From IMG/VR virus record IMGVR_UViG_3300025103_002730, positions 1-63,943 of that record: a stretch of 63,943 nucleotides of DNA; one strand, given 5' to 3'. Position numbers and translations under genes: made by a program. Position 1 is the stretch's first letter; every line of letters begins with the position of its first letter. The notes under the pieces were generated by a model, which saw only the letters and a program-made list of their open reading frames with translations, ran no database searches and was not told the origin of the DNA. Shown one piece after another: positions 57,566-63,943 of this stretch. Source of the stretch: a virus. Its lineage: Duplodnaviria > Caudoviricetes.

Positions 57566-57674
57566 TGTGATTGACAGGAGTCGAACCTGCATAAACCGAC
57601 CTGACACCCAATTTATGGGAAATAATACGAGAGTCAGGGTGAGTCGCCAATTGTCTCATTACGGCCACAATCAC
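57566..57674 (-). ncRNA. tRNA-like RNA with expanded D-loop and anticodon loop
   Basis: Perfect acceptor GUGAUUG/CAAUCAC-A, T-arm GCAGG-UUCGACU-CCUGU, anticodon stem CCUGAC/GUCAGG closing a ~27-nt loop. Confidence 0.7.
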
Positions 57675-57943
57675 AAAAAACAACAACTGAACAGGGCTTC
57701 TCACCCCTACATCATACCTACCTTCACTGGGATTTAACCCTCCACCGGCTGATTCAATTGTTACCTCCGTAGTTTTGTAGGCAGTCAGCCTACTTCAATC
57801 ATCGGGATTTAGAGGAACACCCGACTAGCCAGCGACAACTGGCGTGGCTCTACTTGAATAGCTTGGTAAAGCTATCCTTAGTCAACTTATCCACAGAGAA
57901 GTCTAGGACTTCATCGAGTTTAGGAACCCCTGTTGTCTCATGT

Positions 57944-57972
57944 ATTATAGTCTACTTGACCCTGTTTGTCAA
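57944..57972 (-). promoter_or_regulatory. Consensus sigma-70 promoter driving the ncRNA/tmRNA operon
   Basis: TTGACA-17 nt-TATAAT with an A-rich upstream element. Confidence 0.88.
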
Positions 57973-58060
57973 GGTCTTTTTGACTATTTTTTCACTTTCA
58001 ATTTCAATTTCAGAAGTGGCTCACTAGGTTTATCGGCTTCTGAGACTGTGATCTTGATCA

Positions 58061-58231
58061 TTATTTGTCCTTTTCTGAGATTAAGCAACATTTTTTGAAC
58101 TTGAGACCGCTGCTACACGGGCACGGCTCGTTGCGACCAACTTTCCCACGTTTTTTCTGTAGTTCACGCTCGGATTTCTCCATCGCTTCGATGATATCCA
58201 TCGCGTGTATTTCTCCAGATCGCGTATCCAT
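58061..58231 (-). CDS. 56-aa SEC-C motif protein (absent from the ORF track)
   Basis: MDTRSGEI...[27 protein letters not shown]. Confidence 0.8.
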   Translation of the reverse strand: MDTRSGEIHAMDIIEAMEKSERELQKKRGKVGRNEPCPCSSGLKFKKCCLISEKDK

Positions 58232-58247
58232 TGTATGTCAACCGCTT

Positions 58248-58475
58248 TTATTCAGATTCTTCCCACTCGAAGTACCTGTCCATAAACTTATCATAGATAT
58301 TTGCGTACTTAATGTCGTCGCAGATTAATCTGTACAACCGCTTGGGGAAGATCCTGAACCCGTCACGGTCAAAAATCTTCGTTGAATACTCCCAGTTCTT
58401 ATCTTTGTAGGACACCCGTATTTTACAGACGTTTTTTAAGAGGGTCAGCGTGTATTCTTCTATTTTACTCTTCAT
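58248..58475 (-). CDS. Hypothetical protein
   Basis: Start taken as MKSK; the longer listed ORF overlaps tRNA-Asp. Confidence 0.45.
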   Translation of the reverse strand: MKSKIEEYTLTLLKNVCKIRVSYKDKNWEYSTKIFDRDGFRIFPKRLYRLICDDIKYANIYDKFMDRYFEWEESE

Positions 58476-58481
58476 ACCAAG

Positions 58482-58554
58482 CGACTCCGACCGGATTCGA
58501 ACCGACATTTTCCACATCGACAGTGTGGGGCATTAACCATTATGCTACAGAGCC
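58482..58554 (-). tRNA. tRNA-Asp(GUC)
   Basis: GGCUCUG acceptor, CCACA-CUGUCGA-UGUGG anticodon arm, GUCGG-UUCGAAU-CCGGU T-arm, G73. Confidence 0.9.
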
Positions 58555-58557
58555 TTA

Positions 58558-58773
58558 TCATCTAAAGTATCTTCTTGTTAAGTTAGCGAGTGTTAAAACC
58601 GCGAAGAAGGCCGATAACAAACATGTCAACACAGCCATAACCGCGTTGTGATGATAAGCACTAAGAAAGAAGAGGAATAAGTAGATTACTAAGCATATTA
58701 TGCTCATAATCAGTTCTACTACGTTGGATGTATCTGGACCCTGTTCATACTTAGGAGGGTCATATGGACTCAT
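58558..58773 (-). CDS. Small two-TM membrane protein
   Basis: Two long hydrophobic helices. Confidence 0.55.
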   Translation of the reverse strand: MSPYDPPKYEQGPDTSNVVELIMSIICLVIYLFLFFLSAYHHNAVMAVLTCLLSAFFAVLTLANLTRRYFR

Positions 58774-59351
58774 TCCAGAAACTTCTTAATTGTACTGAGG
58801 CCAGCCCCATTGATCATTTGGGGTGTTCCACCCGATTGTACGGCAACTATAGCACCCTTATATTGAGCAGATGCTCCAGATAATCCATTTACAGCCTTTC
58901 CATGTGCCGTCCATAGATGCTCACCATCAGTTGTCGTCCACCCCTTATCGTAAGTGGTGTAGTTGTGTTTTTGTTTGTCTAAGTAATGATAACCCGTAAC
59001 ATTTACCGTGGTGTATTTTTGCGGCTCTTTATCTGCGAGGGGAACCGCCTCCACCTCTATTTTACCCTTGACCTCCACCAACGCTAAGTCCCACACCTTA
59101 TGCTGCTTCAGTAACTTTGCTGGAAATGAACACTCATTCCCTTTGTGGTAGAAAGATACACTTGTTGTTTGGTTTGGTATTAGAAAAAATCCGCGACCAC
59201 ATGTTAATATGAGGGTTTTTTCATCGTCTGATTCTATCACGGTCCCAGAGAACGAAGCACCCTCCTCACGGTGGACCCTTACAACTGAGTCAAAATCTTC
59301 AGCCACGATGGGCATCAGGAGTAAGAAAAACGTGATTAGACTCTTGAACAT
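58770..59351 (-). CDS. Secreted trypsin-like serine protease homolog
   Basis: Signal peptide (MFKSLITFFLLLMPIVA), 'SGTVI', 'LILTCGR', 'DLALV', 'GLSGAS'. Confidence 0.7.
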   Translation of the reverse strand: MFKSLITFFLLLMPIVAEDFDSVVRVHREEGASFSGTVIESDDEKTLILTCGRGFFLIPNQTTSVSFYHKGNECSFPAKLLKQHKVWDLALVEVKGKIEVEAVPLADKEPQKYTTVNVTGYHYLDKQKHNYTTYDKGWTTTDGEHLWTAHGKAVNGLSGASAQYKGAIVAVQSGGTPQMINGAGLSTIKKFLE

Positions 59352-59390
59352 ATTATGGTTTCCTTTACTATCCTTTGTTTTGAAAAAACT

Positions 59391-59511
59391 TAACGCAATG
59401 GGATTTGAACCCATAACACCATCACCCAACCTATCACAGCCAGTCACTGGCACCGTCTCAGGACGGCGTGTCTACTAACAGGAATCGCTTCCGGTATTTC
59501 CACCATGCGTT
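59391..59511 (-). ncRNA. Expanded/degenerate tRNA-like RNA (~120 nt)
   Basis: AACGCA/UGCGUU acceptor, T-arm AUGGG-UUCAAAU-CCCAU, hairpin inserted in the D-loop, non-canonical anticodon arm CCGUC-CUGA-GACGG, very long variable region. Confidence 0.6.
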
Positions 59512-59513
59512 AA

Positions 59514-59587
59514 TAGCACCGACAGGAGTCGAACCTGCAACATTTGCATTCTAAGTGCAACGCCTCTGCCAGTTGGGCTACGATGCC
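59514..59587 (-). tRNA. tRNA-Leu(UAG) with short variable loop
   Basis: GGCAUCG/CGGUGCU-A acceptor, UUGCA-CUUAGAA-UGCAA anticodon arm, 5-nt variable loop, GCAGG-UUCGACU-CCUGU T-arm. Confidence 0.85.
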
Positions 59588-59593
59588 ATGTTT

Positions 59594-59842
59594 TTAGTCT
59601 GAGTTATCAACACTCGCGACTAGTTTGTAAGTAATATCATCCTCTTTTACCAAGAGTTCATTTGAACCCAAGAATCCACGGCCCACAAAACCCACTTGAA
59701 TTCCCACGGCTTCTAAAGCCTGACGAACCCTGATATCCAGAAACCCACGGGCCAGCTTACCGTCCATCTCCCGCTTATTTGCCGCCTCCAGATCTCGTTC
59801 ACGTTCCGCGTCTGTACGTCTATCCTGAAAATCACCGAACAT
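59594..59842 (-). CDS. Hypothetical protein
   Basis: 82-aa ORF in the - strand array. Confidence 0.5.
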   Translation of the reverse strand: MFGDFQDRRTDAERERDLEAANKREMDGKLARGFLDIRVRQALEAVGIQVGFVGRGFLGSNELLVKEDDITYKLVASVDNSD

Positions 59843-59845
59843 AGT

Positions 59846-60190
59846 TTATTCCCTTTCCATTGTAATACTTGTTGCCGCAAAAACTAAACCAAACATTTCC
59901 TTACGCCAAATGGTTTCTCCGTGACCAACAGGGATGAGGTCAATATCAGACAGCATCCACTCATCAAGAATGTCGTCATAGGTCTTACCTAGTTCTGCCC
60001 ACTCTTCTGTTTGAAAGCAAGACCACACTATTGTACGGTCTTCATAGATCGTGGTCAATTCAATTGACTGAGGAAATCTCTTTGAACCAGTTGAGCTACA
60101 CACGCTTGTAATCATATTCAACAAAGGGTCAAGATTCCAAGTCGTCTGGAGTTCTACTCTGTCTGGTCTTCCTAGTGTCATCTTGGTCAT
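59846..60190 (-). CDS. Hypothetical protein
   Basis: 114-aa ORF. Confidence 0.5.
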   Translation of the reverse strand: MTKMTLGRPDRVELQTTWNLDPLLNMITSVCSSTGSKRFPQSIELTTIYEDRTIVWSCFQTEEWAELGKTYDDILDEWMLSDIDLIPVGHGETIWRKEMFGLVFAATSITMERE

Positions 60191-60495
60191 ATTCTACCTT
60201 TATACTTACTGTTAAACCGTTTGAACTTAACCAGTCTCATCATATGCCTGAACATAGGCACAAACTTCTTCCAGTTCGACAAGTCGAACGTATTACTAGC
60301 GTGAACACTTATGATATGACAACACCTACACAAGCTCACACCGTTGTCTAAATCATACGCCTTATCTGGATACAAACTCTTTGGGTAAATGTGGTGTGCT
60401 TCTATTGTACCCACCCGACCGCACATTTGACATGTGTTTTTGTCTCTAATCCTTACGGCCTTAGACCATTTTCTTAGTGAGTAAGTATTGAACAC
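60187..60495 (-). CDS. HNH endonuclease
   Basis: 'RDKNTCQMCG...EAHHIYP...DLDNGVSLCRCCH'. Confidence 0.85.
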   Translation of the reverse strand: MFNTYSLRKWSKAVRIRDKNTCQMCGRVGTIEAHHIYPKSLYPDKAYDLDNGVSLCRCCHIISVHASNTFDLSNWKKFVPMFRHMMRLVKFKRFNSKYKGRI

Positions 60496-60513
60496 TCGTT
60501 CCTCGTGCTAAAG

Positions 60514-60586
60514 TGCGAGTGACAGGGATCGAACCTGCGACATCCACGTTGGCAACGTGACGCTCTACCAACTGAGCTACACACGC
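60514..60586 (-). tRNA. tRNA-Gly(GCC)
   Basis: GCGUGUG acceptor (one U-U mismatch), GCUC D-stem, UCACG-UUGCCAA-CGUGG anticodon arm, GCAGG-UUCGAUC-CCUGU T-arm. Confidence 0.88.
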
Positions 60587-60589
60587 ATA

Positions 60590-60877
60590 TCATCGCCCAT
60601 GATACTGCCACATGACTGCGTTACAGAGAGTATGGACGGCACCCTCTGTCATATGTGTCTTGTGACAATGTTGCAAGTGAACAGGAGTATTCAGGAATCC
60701 TGTGGGGAACAATTGCCAATTGATCTCCCGTGCCTGAATATGCTCTGGTGGTTCTTCCTCAAGGGAACAGCCACACCAATAACACTTGCCCTCTTGCAGT
60801 AGAACATATTCATTACGAACACGAGCGTTATCGCCCTTTCGCCAATCCAACGTTCTGTAATCTACTGGTAAATCCAT
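60590..60877 (-). CDS. Endonuclease VII-like small protein
   Basis: 'QEGKCYWC...HLQHCHKT...GAVHTLCN'. Confidence 0.7.
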   Translation of the reverse strand: MDLPVDYRTLDWRKGDNARVRNEYVLLQEGKCYWCGCSLEEEPPEHIQAREINWQLFPTGFLNTPVHLQHCHKTHMTEGAVHTLCNAVMWQYHGR

Positions 60878-60948
60878 CTTTGTTTCCTAAGCACCGCAGC
60901 TAAGAATCGAACTTAGTATTTTTCTCTACCCACGTTCTACTTTCTAAG

Positions 60949-61031
60949 TGACAGAAGAAGGAATCGAACCTAAAATGCCGAAAGGCGAGAGATTTACAGT
61001 CTCCGGGGCACACCACCTGCCCAATTCTGCC
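60949..61031 (-). tRNA. tRNA-Tyr(GUA), weakened T-stem
   Basis: GGCAGAA/UUCUGUC-A acceptor, GGAGA-CUGUAAA-UCUCU anticodon arm, long variable arm; T-stem UUAGG/CCUUC has two mismatches. Confidence 0.8.
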
Positions 61032-61088
61032 ATATCTTCCCGAACGGGAATATCATATCCGTTTGTTCCCATGAACCTATCTTCCAAG

Positions 61089-61152
61089 AGGTACCTGAGG
61101 GAATCGAACCCCGTTACAAAGGTGCTGCTCTACCTAATTGAGCTAAGGTACC
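61089..61152 (-). pseudogene. tRNA-Thr(UGU)-derived RNA lacking the 3' anticodon strand and variable loop
   Basis: Perfect GGUACCU/AGGUACC acceptor and D-arm, then GCACC-UUUGUAA joined directly to the T-arm. Confidence 0.7.
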
Positions 61153-61169
61153 AAGTTAGGCTAAAAGCC

Positions 61170-61577
61170 TCACAAATCACAATTCTTCTTCTCATCGAGG
61201 AACTTCTGGATTAGTTGTCCAGCGACCCCTTTCATCGTGGTCTTTCCCCTATCAGTTAGCTCGTAGTGGAATTCACCTTCCGGACCAATCAACTGATCAA
61301 TCAAACCCTTCTCCATGAGACCTTTAAGGGTTTCGTCCACCGCGTTGGAGACAGAATCATATGTTAGAGTCATTTGTTTCAAACCAATAGGGTCAGCATC
61401 AACCTCGTACTCAAGGGCCTCAAAAATCACTTCGTCTGGATTAACGTTTAGTTTTTCTAGCCTCTCAATCCACTCCATAGCCAACTCAGCATCCTCGTAA
61501 ACCCCAAGGGGATCAACGCTGACGGTAAGACCGTTGTCCTCTATCTTCACAAGAATGTAGACAATTTCTCCTGACAT
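61170..61577 (-). CDS. Hypothetical protein with C-terminal winged-helix-like segment
   Basis: 'LKGLMEKGLID...YELTDRGK'; RBS AGGAG. Confidence 0.55.
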   Translation of the reverse strand: MSGEIVYILVKIEDNGLTVSVDPLGVYEDAELAMEWIERLEKLNVNPDEVIFEALEYEVDADPIGLKQMTLTYDSVSNAVDETLKGLMEKGLIDQLIGPEGEFHYELTDRGKTTMKGVAGQLIQKFLDEKKNCDL

Positions 61578-61670
61578 TATTATAATCTCCTAAGAAATTC
61601 ACGTCTGCCGTATGTTATACACAAAAACCACTAAGAATCGTCAATTTACCTAAAAAAGACAAAGTACCCT

Positions 61671-62294
61671 CTAACTGCCTGTTGTCAAGTGTCTCGCATG
61701 AATCCTTTGTACCATTGTTAAAAATTGCGAAGTCGTCAAGCCCCTCTTCGCCAGATTGCAATCCTCACAAGAAGTTCTACAATTACCTTCTACATACCCC
61801 TTAGAGTTATCGATCCTGTCTATGCCGGATAGACTCCTCCTTGAATAACTAGCACCTCCAGTTTGTCTGGATCTATTATTAGAAGGCTCTAGTCCACAAT
61901 ACCAGCAATCTTTAGTTACAAATGATTTAAACTGATCAAACGATAATTCAAAGTCCCAGCCCTTCTTTTTACATTTACTCTTGTAGTTGGAATATACTAT
62001 TGCTGTATGTCTGTCAATGTCGTTGTCGTATTTTAGTCCGTTTTGGTTCCCAAGAAGCCTACTAGACTTACAATCGTTACAACATATTGTATTTCTACTC
62101 ACGGTTGCCTTAGCTATAAGGACTCGACGGGTGAACTCTTGACACTTGCCACAAGAGCACCTACATAAGTACAAATAGTCGTACCTGTGTTTTCCCCATG
62201 TTGCTTTGGGACGGACCGCACCTACGTATGTTTCTACGGTAAGTTCTCCAACGGTGAAACCAAGTAACTCTTCAGCCTTTTCGTTGTCCAACAT
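61671..62294 (-). CDS. HNH-type homing endonuclease
   Basis: 'CRCSCG', 'CWYCG', 'GIDRIDNSKGYVEGNCRTSCEDCNLAK'. Confidence 0.85.
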   Translation of the reverse strand: MLDNEKAEELLGFTVGELTVETYVGAVRPKATWGKHRYDYLYLCRCSCGKCQEFTRRVLIAKATVSRNTICCNDCKSSRLLGNQNGLKYDNDIDRHTAIVYSNYKSKCKKKGWDFELSFDQFKSFVTKDCWYCGLEPSNNRSRQTGGASYSRRSLSGIDRIDNSKGYVEGNCRTSCEDCNLAKRGLTTSQFLTMVQRIHARHLTTGS

Positions 62295-62360
62295 ATCAGC
62301 AATTCCTCGTGTTTAATACAGTTTTAAATATGTGATGTTACTGTATTATACACCAAAATA

Positions 62361-62996
62361 TCACGAATTTCGCTTAGAAAATGCTTCTAAAGTGAATTTG
62401 AAGGGATTTCCCTCAATTTTTTCTACCAAACTAAGCATTTCTTGAGCTACCCCTCTTATCTCTAATTGGGCATGTTCAGAGTTTCTTAACTTTTGGAAAT
62501 TCGCGAAACTCCGCATGTTAAACGTCACGTCAGCCTGAATCTGGCTATTGTACGTCTTAAAAAACCGTGCCGACTCTTTAGCTCGCTTGCGACCCAACTC
62601 TTCCGTTAGTTCCTCCAAACAGTGGTGGTACAGTTCATTACCGGCATCCGTGTAGTCCTTGAGCGTGTCCTGCCACTTCTGAGGCCAATCCTCCGGGATG
62701 TAGCACTTATCCTCCTTTAACTCTTTGTAACGTGCTGATTCTCCGTTAAAACTGCTGATGCGATGTTTTAGCAGATGAATGTGCGTAGCCTGCTCTACAT
62801 TTACTAGGAAGTGAACGATACCCTTTTCGAATGGAGTTTCATGTCCGTTGGCCCAAAGCGTCTCTATCATAGCTGGTATTCTTGCTTTCTTTTCGTCCGT
62901 CAAATTTCTACTAGTGCTTGTCCAAGCCGAACACGCTATCACCTCGTCAGAACCGTAGTGTCCAAGTAGTTCTACTTTGTTTTTAAGCTGTCCCAT
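62361..62996 (-). CDS. thyX: FAD-dependent thymidylate synthase
   Basis: 'GHETPFE', 'KHRISSFNGESARY', 'KESARF', 'NMRSF..F..LR.SEHAQLEIR'. Confidence 0.93.
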   Translation of the reverse strand: MGQLKNKVELLGHYGSDEVIACSAWTSTSRNLTDEKKARIPAMIETLWANGHETPFEKGIVHFLVNVEQATHIHLLKHRISSFNGESARYKELKEDKCYIPEDWPQKWQDTLKDYTDAGNELYHHCLEELTEELGRKRAKESARFFKTYNSQIQADVTFNMRSFANFQKLRNSEHAQLEIRGVAQEMLSLVEKIEGNPFKFTLEAFSKRNS

Positions 62997-63082
62997 TCTA
63001 TTTTATATTCCTCTGTTTCTTTGTTAAAGGTAATATTATACACAAAAATGGCCTTCAACCCGAATCTGCTGTACTCATATCT

Positions 63083-63682
63083 TCAGACATTCCACTTCTC
63101 CTGAATAAACCAGTTGTCAAACTCACTCTGAACCATAACCACGCCCGGCTTGTTACCCATATAGTATATCGGCTTGATCAACCGTTCAACTTTAGCATAA
63201 TTATAGAATTCTTCAACTTTATCGGGAAACATGATTCCCCATTTGATTTCTCCAGCATTTACCTTCGCCTCAATCCTGACCAAGTGCTTATCTAAGTCGT
63301 GATCCTTGGGTTTTCTCAAGTCCACCCCACACCGCACAGAGTTGTAGATAAACAGAATAGCGGCTCCCTCTCGGATATACGCCTTCAGGTCATTCTCTTT
63401 GAGGGTGAACTTCCCCGCCGTTGGAACCCACTTCATTTCGATTGGCAGATCTGATCGCTTGCGGAAGTCATATTTAATATCCGCCATGAAATCGGCTCCT
63501 GCGGTATTGCCGCTCGCGATAAACTCACCGCCGTTCCCACATCCATTATCCCTTGGGTTCTCCACGACGCCGTCGTCAAGTTGATCCAACCAAGCGTTCC
63601 ACCAATAGTTCTCCAACAGTGTTGTAAATTTGATATCACGTTTAAAGGTATCCTTTGTTCTGTTGTCAAATCTACTATTCAT
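63083..63682 (-). CDS. PD-(D/E)XK-like nuclease
   Basis: 'GADFM...PIEMKW' motif; start taken as MNSRF overlapping the upstream stop. Confidence 0.5.
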   Translation of the reverse strand: MNSRFDNRTKDTFKRDIKFTTLLENYWWNAWLDQLDDGVVENPRDNGCGNGGEFIASGNTAGADFMADIKYDFRKRSDLPIEMKWVPTAGKFTLKENDLKAYIREGAAILFIYNSVRCGVDLRKPKDHDLDKHLVRIEAKVNAGEIKWGIMFPDKVEEFYNYAKVERLIKPIYYMGNKPGVVMVQSEFDNWFIQEKWNV

Positions 63683-63893
63683 CCCATTTCTCCGGGTCCA
63701 TACATTCTTCGTAGCCGTCCTGCCACCTCTGAAACATAACATCATCATCTTCTTCGATGAAGCAGACCATAAACTCCTGCTCAAACGCTGACCAGAGTTC
63801 TTCGGGGAATGTTATATGCACTCCATTGTCATCGACAACATGCGTATGCTTCTTTAGCATTTCTTGGTACGCTTCTTTGAGATCATGAAACAT
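63675..63893 (-). CDS. Small acidic hypothetical protein
   Basis: 72 aa; RBS GAGG. Confidence 0.5.
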   Translation of the reverse strand: MFHDLKEAYQEMLKKHTHVVDDNGVHITFPEELWSAFEQEFMVCFIEEDDDVMFQRWQDGYEECMDPEKWDE

Positions 63894-63943
63894 TTTTAGT
63901 TTCCTCTGCTAATGTATCGCGAATGGCACATTGATATAGAACA

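Noticed and set aside
58065-58328. + strand ORF containing '[18 protein letters not shown]'
   Set aside because: Antisense shadow of the SEC-C motif gene on the - strand.
59352-59453. N-terminal extension of the protease ORF given in the ORF track
   Set aside because: Overlaps the tRNA-like element; the signal peptide and RBS indicate a start at 59351.
1-63943. Stop-codon reassignment, as in some jumbo phages
   Set aside because: Conserved genes are full length in the standard code, all three stops terminate genes, and no CUA/UCA suppressor tRNA was seen (the UAG anticodon reads Leu CUA).

Overview
A 64-kb segment of a large tailed-phage (jumbo-phage-like) genome in the standard genetic code. 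Genes are dense and overlap at their ends. Bases 1-5820 are on the + strand (two probable virion genes and a homing endonuclease); the rest is one long - strand arm. Modules in coordinate order: an SSAP-like/nuclease group; a ~19.5-kb sugar-nucleotide/glycosyltransferase cluster; a DNA polymerase III alpha (dnaE) split into two genes without inteins, with a DEDDh exonuclease between the halves; a second AT-rich glyco/sulfotransferase island; PD-(D/E)XK nuclease, dNMP kinase, primase, DnaB, RecA, PhoH, MazG and an in-frame 'coreless' mini-NrdB; a membrane/lysis-like cassette (TM-PAS protein, holin-like protein, papain-like C1 peptidase, signal-peptide thioredoxin); a sigma-70-like factor and SSB; an RNA-rich region (compact tmRNA with tag VNSFALAA, tRNA-Asp/Leu/Gly/Tyr, and several expanded, truncated or unknown tRNA-like RNAs); HNH/EndoVII nucleases and thyX. 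The most unusual signals are the tRNA-mimic ncRNAs, the mini-NrdB, the protease/thioredoxin cassette lacking a glycosidase/amidase endolysin, the split DnaE and a phage-specific GTGTATAAT promoter motif. All assignments come from reading motifs by eye; no database searches were run. A Planctomycetota-like host is a weak inference only.
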